From: Candidatus Omnitrophota bacterium | Lineage (GTDB): Bacteria > Omnitrophota > Gorgyraeia > M55B152 | DNA: 53,662 bases | NCBI GenBank assembly: GCA_018399975.1 | Contig: JAGYNU010000001.1 | Location: forward strand, 1 to 53,662 | Direction of reading: 5' to 3' | Part shown: positions 36,691-45,282 of the stretch, in pieces | How positions within the stretch are numbered: position 1 is the first letter of the stretch | How the letters are laid out: the number at the start of each line of letters is the position of its first letter | Notes under the pieces: model-generated | The model's input: only the letters and a program-made list of their open reading frames with translations | Databases searched by the model: none | What the model was told of the DNA's origin: nothing | Position numbers and translations under genes: made by a program

Positions 36691-37800
36691 TCAAGACAAA
36701 ACACTTTTTCTTCTTATAACATTCGAGTTAATAAAAGGCACTGACATTACTTCTGCCTTATATAATTTATCTCTTACTTCAATATTTATAATCTCTTTAT
36801 CATTAGCAAAATCTGTATTTATATACGCCATTCCTATAAAGCCATTAAGCATTGGAGAAAAACCTCCACTTGTAATTCTTCCAATTTCAACATTATTTTT
36901 AAAAATCTTATATCCAGTACGGGGCATGGCTTTATCTATCATCCTAAACCCTTTTAATTTCCTATCTACGCCATTATTTTTTTCTTCTATTAAAATATTC
37001 TTGCCAACAAACTCACCATCTTTAAAATCAACTATCCAATCCAAGTTAGCTTCAATAGGACTTTTAGATTCATCTATATCGTTACCATACAGACTATAAC
37101 CCATTTCTAACCTCAACATATCTCTAACTGCTAACCCACAAGGAAAAACTTCCCGTTTATTATCTTTAAGCAATTTTTTCCATAATTCAATAATACTTTT
37201 ATTATCCGCTATTATTTCAAAGCCATCTTCTCCTGTATATCCGGAACGAGATACTATGAAATTTGTTGTTCCTATATTCACATCTTTAACTTCAAGATAA
37301 TATAAATCAGTTAAATCTAATTCTGCTGACAAAACCTTAAAGGACAACGGACCTTGTAAAGCTATCATCCCAAGAGAATCACTCTTATCCTCGATACTAA
37401 CAGAAAACTTCTTTTTTGCATTATACTGACATAACCAATTATATATTTTTCCGCGATTAGCTGAATTAACTACACAAATATATTTATCAGATAATCTATA
37501 AACCATGAAATCATCTAACATCTTACCTTTTTCATTACAAGCAGTTGTATATAACATTTCACCAATCTTTAGCCTATCTAAATTATTTGTGCATATGCAC
37601 TGCAAAAACTTGCCGGCATTTTCCCCAGATATAAAAATTCTACCCATATGAGAAGTATCAAATAAACCTGACTGATTACGAACAAACTCATATTCTTTTA
37701 AAGCACCAACATATTCTACAGGTAACTGCCAACCATGAAAATCAATTATTTTTGCTTTAGATTCAAGATGATTATAATAAAGTGGGGTTTTTTTTAACAT
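36691..37800 (-). CDS. gcvT: glycine cleavage system aminomethyltransferase T
   Basis: 369 aa; begins KTPLY..H...GAKIIDFHGWQLPVEY, and the sequence is GcvT-like throughout. Confidence 0.92.
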   Translation of the reverse strand: MLKKTPLYYNHLESKAKIIDFHGWQLPVEYVGALKEYEFVRNQSGLFDTSHMGRIFISGENAGKFLQCICTNNLDRLKIGEMLYTTACNEKGKMLDDFMVYRLSDKYICVVNSANRGKIYNWLCQYNAKKKFSVSIEDKSDSLGMIALQGPLSFKVLSAELDLTDLYYLEVKDVNIGTTNFIVSRSGYTGEDGFEIIADNKSIIELWKKLLKDNKREVFPCGLAVRDMLRLEMGYSLYGNDIDESKSPIEANLDWIVDFKDGEFVGKNILIEEKNNGVDRKLKGFRMIDKAMPRTGYKIFKNNVEIGRITSGGFSPMLNGFIGMAYINTDFANDKEIINIEVRDKLYKAEVMSVPFINSNVIRRKSVLS

Positions 37801-37921
37801 TTCTTTTAAAATACTTACTGTTTTAACTCTTTCAAAATGAAACTCTTAGAAAATAAGATTGTAACACATTTTCTTTATAAAATAAATAGTTTTGAGAATA
37901 AAATTCATTTACTATTTTATA

Positions 37922-38983
37922 TCATTTTACTATTTCAGAAACATATACAAAATCTATTCCATTATCTTTAAACTTTGCGATATAATCTTTAAAAGCTTTA
38001 ATAGTTTTATATCTAAAATGTCCTATTGCTATTACTTCACCTTTATCTAACACAATTTTTATCAATTGCTCTAATCTGTCTTTAATATATTCAATATTAT
38101 TTTTATTATCTAAATACCATTGGTTTAAACCAATGGGTATTTCCATTTCTTTTGCAATTTTTAAAACAACAGACTTACTACTTGTTCGGCTATCAACAAA
38201 ATACAAATTATAATACTTAGCTACTCCCAAAACTGCCCTCATAACTCTTTTATCCTCTGTAGCCTTAGAACCCATATGATTATTTATACCTCTTATATAG
38301 GGAATATTTTGTATGCTTTCTCTAGTCCATTTTATAATTTCATCATCAGGCATTTCCGTTGTAATAGCATGTATTCCTGGAGGAACGTCAGAATCATGTG
38401 GCTCCATCGGTAAATGCAACATTACTTCTATATTATTTTCTCTTGCTAAGACTGCACTTTTTTTTGAATAGAGCAAAAAAGGTAAAACAGATACTGTTAC
38501 AGGAATATTTAATTTTGAAATTTCTTTCACAAGTTCTATATTTTCACCAACATCGTCAAATATTACAGCAACTTTAGGTATCTTTAAATAAATATCTAAA
38601 ATTTGTATTGGTAATTTATTATAGGAAACTAAATATTTTTTATAACCTTTCTCTTCTTTTAATAATTTAAAATTAAACTCAAATTTTCTTTTTAACTCGT
38701 TAATAATGTAAGAAATTTTAATATCATAAGGGACTTGCAATTCAAATGTTGTTTGCTTCCAAACTATACCATTACTGGTCTTTATTAAAGAACTTACTGG
38801 CTTAATATCTACCTTTTCATATAAAAGCTTGATAACTTCTGTTTGTAAATCATCACATAAAGAAATATAACTTTTACCAAACCATTTAACAAAAAAAGTA
38901 AAATTTAAAAAAAGCCCTATAAAAAAAACTATCATCAACCAAACAATAAATGCTACGGTAAAATTATATCTAAATTTTCTCAT
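37922..38983 (-). CDS. divergent polysaccharide deacetylase family protein (YibQ-like)
   Basis: N-terminal TM, then VAVIFDDVG...LPMEP...NHMGS, a pattern typical of the YibQ/DUF610 family. Confidence 0.7.
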   Translation of the reverse strand: MRKFRYNFTVAFIVWLMIVFFIGLFLNFTFFVKWFGKSYISLCDDLQTEVIKLLYEKVDIKPVSSLIKTSNGIVWKQTTFELQVPYDIKISYIINELKRKFEFNFKLLKEEKGYKKYLVSYNKLPIQILDIYLKIPKVAVIFDDVGENIELVKEISKLNIPVTVSVLPFLLYSKKSAVLARENNIEVMLHLPMEPHDSDVPPGIHAITTEMPDDEIIKWTRESIQNIPYIRGINNHMGSKATEDKRVMRAVLGVAKYYNLYFVDSRTSSKSVVLKIAKEMEIPIGLNQWYLDNKNNIEYIKDRLEQLIKIVLDKGEVIAIGHFRYKTIKAFKDYIAKFKDNGIDFVYVSEIVK

Positions 38984-39016
38984 ATAAAATTATCAGAACC
39001 ATTTGTTATATTAAAC

Positions 39017-39526
39017 TTATTTTATCTCTAATATTTTTTTTCTATGCAATAATTGTTTTGCATATTTGGAATCCATCCCTCCCATTTTTTCCTTGACTCC
39101 TTCAATCTTTTTATTAATTTCTTTCAGCGTAAGCTGATTGATTTTTCTCTTACGTTTTGCTTGATCACTTTCATCAGAAGTTTTCTCTTCTTTAAAAGAT
39201 TTCTTATCTTCATCAGGAGAAACCTCTTGTTCTTTTTCTTCTTTCTTTTGTTTTGTATCCTCAGATTGTTTTTCCTTCTCATCTTGTTTTTCTTTTTGTT
39301 CAGTCTGTTGTTCTTTTACATTCTCACCTTTCTTTTTATCACTCTCACTATCTTTTTGGAGTTCATCTTTTTTGTTTACCTGAGACTCTTCTTCTAAATC
39401 CTTTTTATCTTTCTTATCTTCCTTTTCAGCTTTTACATCTGCGGTATTTTCAGATTCTTTTTCTAAACCGCTTTCGTTTTCAGATTCCTTTTTAGTTTCT
39501 TTTACTTCTTTTTCTTTATCAGACAT
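39017..39526 (-). CDS. highly charged Lys/Glu/Asp-rich low-complexity protein
   Basis: 169 aa, mostly K/E/D/S repeats with a more ordered basic C-terminus. A strong AAGGAGG SD lies 7 nt upstream of the ATG. Confidence 0.45.
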   Translation of the reverse strand: MSDKEKEVKETKKESENESGLEKESENTADVKAEKEDKKDKKDLEEESQVNKKDELQKDSESDKKKGENVKEQQTEQKEKQDEKEKQSEDTKQKKEEKEQEVSPDEDKKSFKEEKTSDESDQAKRKRKINQLTLKEINKKIEGVKEKMGGMDSKYAKQLLHRKKILEIK

Positions 39527-39543
39527 ATTACTATCCTCCTTAA

Positions 39544-39616
39544 TTTTTAGGTCATTCTTAATTAATGTGAACAGGTTCTTTCAATTTCACAAAAAGTAAG
39601 AAAGAACCTAATTTTT
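39544..39616. repeat. AT-rich dispersed repeat, short copy
   Basis: Both arms of the 8431-8638 repeat are directly abutted here. It contains a 9-bp perfect stem GGTTCTTTC / GAAAGAACC and overlaps the queF stop codon. Confidence 0.8.
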
Positions 39617-40033
39617 TTCCTTATCTGCATTATATTCTGCGTTTACTGAAATAACAATACCCCCCCTAGGACGAAATTCACCTACAACAATAGCTTTTTT
39701 AGGCTGCGATGCTTCTACAATTTTATTTAAAATTTCATTAACTACATCTTCAACAAATATACCAATATTCCGAAAAGAGAAAAGGTATAGTTTTAAAGAT
39801 TTTGTTTCTATACATTTTTTGTCAGGAATGTATTTAATCTTTATAGTTCCAAAATCAGGTTGTTTAGTTTTAGGACATAGAGAGGTAAACTCTGGACATT
39901 CTAAAGTAATCCAGTAATCCTTTTGGGAATATGAATTTCTAAAAGTTTCCAGATTAGCCTTGTCTGGACTTTCAGGAAACCCTTTTATAGGAGTTCCCAA
40001 AATTGTCAATTTATCATGTTTTCTTTTTTTCAT
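39608..40033 (-). CDS. queF: NADPH-dependent 7-cyano-7-deazaguanine reductase (type I QueF)
   Basis: Catalytic Cys context EFTSLCPKTKQPDF and the QueF motif ETKSLKLYLFSFRN. Confidence 0.88.
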   Translation of the reverse strand: MKKRKHDKLTILGTPIKGFPESPDKANLETFRNSYSQKDYWITLECPEFTSLCPKTKQPDFGTIKIKYIPDKKCIETKSLKLYLFSFRNIGIFVEDVVNEILNKIVEASQPKKAIVVGEFRPRGGIVISVNAEYNADKEKN

Positions 40034-40111
40034 ATAAAAATAGGTGTTAGGTGAATTCAGCTAAAAACTTAGGTTCGCTTATTTACATTAACCCCCTAAG
40101 TCTAAGCCTCA

Positions 40112-40789
40112 TTAATTTTTATACTTTGTAGGGTCCTGTATCCCGGCTTCTTTAAAACCTCTTTTCCTTATAACACAACTATCACACTTACCACAAGCAA
40201 CCCCTTTATCATTTGGATTATAGCAGCTTGAAGTTTTTGAAAAATCTACCCCTAATTTTGTTCCCTTTTTTATAATATCTGCTTTAGACATATTCATAAG
40301 TGGTGCATGTATTTTAAATTTATCGACACTGTTTACTTTTTTTGTACCTAAGTTAGCCATTTTTTCAAAAGCATTTATATATTCTTGAGTGCAATCGGGA
40401 TAACCGCTATAATCCAAAACATTAGCTCCAAAAAATATATTATTTGAATTTAAAACTTCTGCCCATGCTAACGCATAAGATAAAAATATCGTATTTCTAG
40501 CTGGAACATAAGTGACAGGAATTTGACCTTTTTCTAAATCTTCAGTAGATGGAATATCTATATCATCGGTCAATGCCGAACCACCTAATTTAGATAAATC
40601 GGTTTTTAATATAAGATGCTCTTTAACTTTAGCCATTTTTACTATATTTCGCGCTGCCTTTATCTCAAATTTATTTTTTTGGCCGTAATCAAATGAAAGA
40701 GCATAAATATCATATCCAAGATGTTTTACAATAAATATCACCGTAGAAGAATCTATCCCTCCACTTAAAAGAACAATTGCTTTATCCAT
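40112..40789 (-). CDS. queC: 7-cyano-7-deazaguanine synthase
   Basis: PP-loop LLSGGIDS and a C-terminal Zn Cys cluster (SCYNP...CGKCDSC). Confidence 0.92.
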   Translation of the reverse strand: MDKAIVLLSGGIDSSTVIFIVKHLGYDIYALSFDYGQKNKFEIKAARNIVKMAKVKEHLILKTDLSKLGGSALTDDIDIPSTEDLEKGQIPVTYVPARNTIFLSYALAWAEVLNSNNIFFGANVLDYSGYPDCTQEYINAFEKMANLGTKKVNSVDKFKIHAPLMNMSKADIIKKGTKLGVDFSKTSSCYNPNDKGVACGKCDSCVIRKRGFKEAGIQDPTKYKN

Positions 40790-40790
40790 T

Positions 40791-41411
40791 TTATTTTAAA
40801 TTGCATATTTTATGTAGTTGGGGTTGCAATCTTACATAAATATTGCTTTCTAAAACCCAACTATATAATTCTTTTATTGATAGTTTTCCAAATACAGGAG
40901 AAAATAAAATTGTTTTATTTTCTAATTTATATTCATTAATTACTTTTCTTGCCCAATTGTAATCTCTTTTATCCCCTATAACAAATTTTATTTCATCACT
41001 TTCCTTAATTTTAAAAACATTATTCCAAAAAACTTTAGAACTTTCTCCACTGGAAGGACATTTTATATCCATTACAATTACAGCTTTATCATTTACTTTA
41101 CTTATATCTACCGTACCATTTGTTTCCACTAAAACTTTAAATTTTCTCTCTACTAACCTATCTATTAATAAAAATACCTCATTCTGCAATAACGGTTCGC
41201 CTCCTGTAATTTCCACAAGTTTACAGTTATATTGCTTTATCTTACATATAATATCATTTATTTCATAATCTTTTCCACGTTCATAGGCATATGTAGTATC
41301 ACAATAACTGCACCGTAAATTACAACCAGCTAATCTTATAAAAACACAAGGTAATCCTAAATAAGTAGATTCCCCTTGTATACTATAAAATATCTCACTT
41401 ATATTTATCAT
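40791..41411 (-). CDS. queE: 7-carboxy-7-deazaguanine synthase (radical SAM)
   Basis: EIFYSIQGES N-terminal motif and the radical SAM cluster CNLRCSYCDT. The start is uncertain: the track ORF begins 6 codons earlier at a GTG. Confidence 0.85.
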   Translation of the reverse strand: MINISEIFYSIQGESTYLGLPCVFIRLAGCNLRCSYCDTTYAYERGKDYEINDIICKIKQYNCKLVEITGGEPLLQNEVFLLIDRLVERKFKVLVETNGTVDISKVNDKAVIVMDIKCPSSGESSKVFWNNVFKIKESDEIKFVIGDKRDYNWARKVINEYKLENKTILFSPVFGKLSIKELYSWVLESNIYVRLQPQLHKICNLK

Positions 41412-41503
41412 AATAACACATATTTTCACCCCGTAAAGTCACTTTATTCGTACGGGATAAGCAGATATTTTCTCCGCAGATAACCACAGATAAAACATTT
41501 TTT

Positions 41504-41878
41504 TTACTTTTCAGGAGAATAAATCACACCAGTGCCCTGGGTTTCATGAATTTCTATTTTAGAAACTTTTTTAGAATCTGAATTTACAATTTCAGAAAGC
41601 TTATCAAATATAAATTTTGCTATATTTTCAGAAGTAGGATTAATTTTATCAAAAGGCTTAATTTCAGATAAGTTTTTATGATCTAAATCTTTTAAAACTT
41701 TTTCAACCTCAATCTTTAATATTCTAAAATCTAAACCTATTCCTCTATTATCCAAAGACTTTGCTTCAACAAAAACTTTAACATCCCAATTATGCCCATG
41801 CAAATTCTCACAATTACCACCATATTCCCTTATTTGATGTGCAGCTGAAAAACTATCCTCTATAAATATTTCATACAT
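41504..41878 (-). CDS. queD: 6-carboxy-5,6,7,8-tetrahydropterin synthase
   Basis: PTPS-fold motifs (FSAAHQI...C..LHGHNW). Start at MYEIFIE is preceded by GAGAGG. Confidence 0.88.
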   Translation of the reverse strand: MYEIFIEDSFSAAHQIREYGGNCENLHGHNWDVKVFVEAKSLDNRGIGLDFRILKIEVEKVLKDLDHKNLSEIKPFDKINPTSENIAKFIFDKLSEIVNSDSKKVSKIEIHETQGTGVIYSPEK

Positions 41879-42006
41879 TTTAAACCTCTCTTTTAATAAG
41901 CGCATCATTTAGTAAATATAAATAAAACTAAATGGTATTGGCGAAAAAACTGAGTATAAGTATTCAAAAATACACAAAATTAAAATACTTATCTACTTTT
42001 TAAAAA

Positions 42007-42891
42007 TTATCCTTCAAGACATTCTAAATAAGCTTCTTTTGCTTTATAAGAACTCCTAATCATAGGATCTGACTTAACTACTTTTATGCCAAAATCTTTA
42101 ACTATATGTTCTAAATCTTTAAATTCTTTAGGAGTATAATATTTTTCAACTTTTACATGTTTTAAAGTCGGTTGCAAATATTGCCCGATATAAAAAATAT
42201 CTACTCCAATATCAGCAATATCTTTAAAAGATGATATAAGTTGTTGACGTGTCTCTCCTAACCCTACCATTATACCAGATTTTACAAAGATATTTGAATT
42301 AGTTTTTTTTAATAGACGAAGTATCTCAAGACTACATTCATAATTTGAGTCCGGCCTAATTGTGGAATATAATTCGGGCACCATTTCTATATTATGCCCT
42401 ATTACATTTATTTTAGAATTAGAAATTTCTTCTATGCATTTTAAATCAGCATTAAAATCTGGTATCAAAAGCTCTATATTTGTTCCAGGAGAAATATTCT
42501 TTATTTGCTCGACAGTTTTTAAATAATGATTAACTCCTTGATCAATAAGATCGTCTCTTGTAACAGAAGTTATAACAATATAATCTAAGTTAAATTGTTT
42601 AACTACAAAAGCAATATTTTGAGGTTCTTCTGGATCTACAGGGTCCAGAATTTTACTTGAACTAACATTACAAAATCTGCAACCCCTCGTACAATGTTTG
42701 CCTAAAATCATATATGTCACTTGCTTATTATTCCAACACTCAACAATATTAGGACAAGCAGCTTCTTCACAAACAGTATTTAAATTAAATCGTCTATTAG
42801 TCTCTTTAACATATCTATATATCTTTCCAGAAGGAATATCTCTTTTAATCCAAAATGGTTTTCTTAAAATAGAACCTACTTTACTTAAAAT
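42007..42891 (-). CDS. lipA: lipoyl synthase, with a probable non-ATG (ATT) start overlapping the lipB stop
   Basis: The track ORF (from GTG at 42720) lacks the N-terminal auxiliary cluster. The same frame stays open upstream and encodes RKPFWIKRDIP...CEEAACPNIVEC. The radical SAM motif CTRGCRFC follows. No ATG, GTG or TTG is available in the extension. Confidence 0.8.
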   Translation of the reverse strand: MLSKVGSILRKPFWIKRDIPSGKIYRYVKETNRRFNLNTVCEEAACPNIVECWNNKQVTYMILGKHCTRGCRFCNVSSSKILDPVDPEEPQNIAFVVKQFNLDYIVITSVTRDDLIDQGVNHYLKTVEQIKNISPGTNIELLIPDFNADLKCIEEISNSKINVIGHNIEMVPELYSTIRPDSNYECSLEILRLLKKTNSNIFVKSGIMVGLGETRQQLISSFKDIADIGVDIFYIGQYLQPTLKHVKVEKYYTPKEFKDLEHIVKDFGIKVVKSDPMIRSSYKAKEAYLECLEG

Positions 42892-43549
42892 GATAAGCTC
42901 CTTTATAATTTATAATTTCATCTATGCCAAATATATCCATAATACTATTTATACACTCTTTTTTTACTTTACTTAAAGATATCTTACTATTTTTGATTTT
43001 TTGCATAGAAACCATCTTTATATTAGCTAAACCGCAAGGTATAATATAATCAAACTTACTTAAATCTGTATTGACATTTAAGGCAAATCCATGATAGCTA
43101 ATACCTCTATTTACCCCTACGCCTATAGAAACTATTTTTTTATCTTTAACCCAAACTCCTATTAATCCTTTTTTCCTGCAGGCAGCAATATCGAACTTTT
43201 TTAAAGTTAACATTAAAGCACTTTCAATTTTATATATAAATTCCTTTACCTTTAAATTATTCCTTCTTAAATTAAAAATAGGATAGCCCACTATTTGTCC
43301 AGGTCCATGATAAGTAGCAAAACCTCCTCTACGAATTTCCCTAATTTTAATATTTTTAGAATGAAATTGTGCGGAAGTAGCTTTTAAATTTCTTTTTTGT
43401 TGTGGACGAATTCCTAAAGTAATAACAGGATAATGTTCTCCTATTAAAAAATAATCCTGACCCGGCTTCTTTACATTTAAATCAACAAAATATTTCTGCA
43501 AAGATAAGACTTCATCATAATCTCTAATACCAAAATCTAATTTAACCAT
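42881..43549 (-). CDS. lipB: octanoyltransferase LipB
   Basis: RGGFATYHGPGQIVGYP motif and the conserved C-terminal PCG (IIPCGL). Confidence 0.88.
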   Translation of the reverse strand: MVKLDFGIRDYDEVLSLQKYFVDLNVKKPGQDYFLIGEHYPVITLGIRPQQKRNLKATSAQFHSKNIKIREIRRGGFATYHGPGQIVGYPIFNLRRNNLKVKEFIYKIESALMLTLKKFDIAACRKKGLIGVWVKDKKIVSIGVGVNRGISYHGFALNVNTDLSKFDYIIPCGLANIKMVSMQKIKNSKISLSKVKKECINSIMDIFGIDEIINYKGAYHFK

Positions 43550-44925
43550 ATTAAACTTTCAGAAACGTCTACCGCCATTTCAGATAGAGTAGGATGGGCA
43601 TGAACAGTCTTAGATAACTCTTTAATACTAACTCCATTTTGTTTAGCAACTGCATACTCATGTATTATCTCTGAAGCTCCTGCTCCTATAATATGTACTC
43701 CTAAAATTTTCTCAGATTCTTTATCAGCAATAACTTTAATAAAACCTTCTTCTTTTTTACTAACAATTGCTCGTCCATTACTTTTATAAAAACACTTCCC
43801 AACTTTATATTCAAAGTTTCTATCTTTAATTTCCTCTTCTGTTAATCCTACACTTGCTATTTCTGGATTTAAATATACAACATTAGGAATATTTTCGTAG
43901 TTAATATATTTCACCACCTTATCTAAAATAGAATCAACAGCAAGCCTTGCCTCTTCAAAAGCAACATGCGCCAGCAACGGTGAATTAACCACATCACCTA
44001 CCGCATATATCTTAGAAACAGAAGTTTGCATATTTTTATCCACCATTATAAAATTCCTTTTATCCAAACTAATCCCTATATTTTCTAATTTTAATTGTTT
44101 AGTATTTGGAACTCTTCCTACAGCTGTTAACACTAACTCTGTCTTTAGATTTTTTACACCGCTTTTGCTTTCAATTTCTGCAATAATTTTATCATTTTCA
44201 AAATCAACATTTTTTATTTTAGAACCAGTTAAAACATTAATACCTTTTTTCCTAAAATTCCTTTGGAGCTGATTAATAATATCCTTATCTTCTGTAGGCA
44301 ATAATTGATCCATCATTTCTACTACTGTTACATCTGTTCCCAAACTGTTATAAATATCAGCAAACTCTACGCCAATAGCTCCTCCTCCTATAATTAGCAA
44401 TTCATTGGGTATCTTATTAAGTTTAACAGCTTCGCTACTGGTAATAATCCTCTTGCCGTCTATTTTTATTCCAGGTATGGCCTTAGTACGTGACCCAGTT
44501 GCTATAATAATATTATCAACTTCGATTTTCTCTTTTTTTCCTAAACTACTTATTTGAATATGTTTTTTATCTAATAAATTAGCAATACCTTCTATTAAAT
44601 CAATATTATTTTTTTTGAAAAGATATAAAAGCCCTTGTTTTAATTTTTCAACAGCTTCTTGGCTGGCTTTAACAATCTGTTCTTTATCAATACGCTTAAC
44701 AACAGCTTCAATTCCAACTTCATTTGCTTTTGATAATAAATTTAATATGTTTACACTATTTATTAAAGATTTAGTAGGTATACACCCTTCATTTATACAT
44801 ACTCCACCTATTGTCTGCATATTTTTATCTATCACGCAAACCTTTTTACCATTTTGAGCTGCTCTTAAAGCAGCCTTATAACCTCCCGAACCTGCCCCAA
44901 TTATACCTATATCATATTTCTGCAT
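43537..44925 (-). CDS. lpdA: dihydrolipoyl dehydrogenase (L protein / E3)
   Basis: FAD motif GAGSGGY, redox disulfide GGVCINEGCIPTK, an NAD motif and a C-terminal HAHPTLSE. Confidence 0.88.
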   Translation of the reverse strand: MQKYDIGIIGAGSGGYKAALRAAQNGKKVCVIDKNMQTIGGVCINEGCIPTKSLINSVNILNLLSKANEVGIEAVVKRIDKEQIVKASQEAVEKLKQGLLYLFKKNNIDLIEGIANLLDKKHIQISSLGKKEKIEVDNIIIATGSRTKAIPGIKIDGKRIITSSEAVKLNKIPNELLIIGGGAIGVEFADIYNSLGTDVTVVEMMDQLLPTEDKDIINQLQRNFRKKGINVLTGSKIKNVDFENDKIIAEIESKSGVKNLKTELVLTAVGRVPNTKQLKLENIGISLDKRNFIMVDKNMQTSVSKIYAVGDVVNSPLLAHVAFEEARLAVDSILDKVVKYINYENIPNVVYLNPEIASVGLTEEEIKDRNFEYKVGKCFYKSNGRAIVSKKEEGFIKVIADKESEKILGVHIIGAGASEIIHEYAVAKQNGVSIKELSKTVHAHPTLSEMAVDVSESLIWLN

Positions 44926-44934
44926 AAATATATT

Positions 44935-45249
44935 TTATTTCTTTGAATTAGCTTTTTTATAAACTGATTTTTTTTTACCTTTAATAGTTAATTCTTTGTC
45001 TTTTCTATCGTCAATTTTCAGTGAAGTTACTACTCTTTTAATCTCACTGTTAAAGGGAACATGATGTATTTTTTTAGCTATATCAAACAGTTTATCAATA
45101 GAATTACATTCTACTATAGTTCCCATAGAAGTAAGTTCATATTTTATGTTTTTTTCTTTTTTTAAAATCTTTATAGCATTTGCTACATATTTACTAACAG
45201 ATGGAGTTTGAGTTCCTAAAGGAATCACGCTTATCTCCATAATAGCCAT
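44935..45249 (-). CDS. MTH1187/YkoF-like (DUF77) thiamine-binding family protein
   Basis: About 100 aa with N-terminus EISVIPLGT...SVSKYVA typical of this family. Confidence 0.65.
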   Translation of the reverse strand: MAIMEISVIPLGTQTPSVSKYVANAIKILKKEKNIKYELTSMGTIVECNSIDKLFDIAKKIHHVPFNSEIKRVVTSLKIDDRKDKELTIKGKKKSVYKKANSKK

Positions 45250-45282
45250 ATTATACCCCCTTAAATTTAAAATCTAAAAATA

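Noticed and set aside
39053-39495. Two plus-strand ORFs (114 and 80 aa) rich in F/L, opposite the KE-rich gene.
   Set aside because: These are the mirror image of AAG/GAA repeats (TTC/CTT gives F/L). They have no RBS, whereas the minus-strand ORF has a strong SD.
39574-39616. Perfect 9-bp hairpin followed by a T-run, considered as the queF terminator.
   Set aside because: The T-run follows the hairpin only on the plus strand, where no gene ends. On the coding (minus) strand the hairpin is not followed by U residues. It is treated as part of the dispersed repeat.
41909-42006. preQ1 riboswitch upstream of queD; the region 41430-41503 upstream of queE was also examined.
   Set aside because: There is no short hairpin followed by an A-rich tail ending in CTA(G)G-like sequence. 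The 41430-41460 hairpin (CCCGTA...TACGGG) looks like a generic stem-loop.
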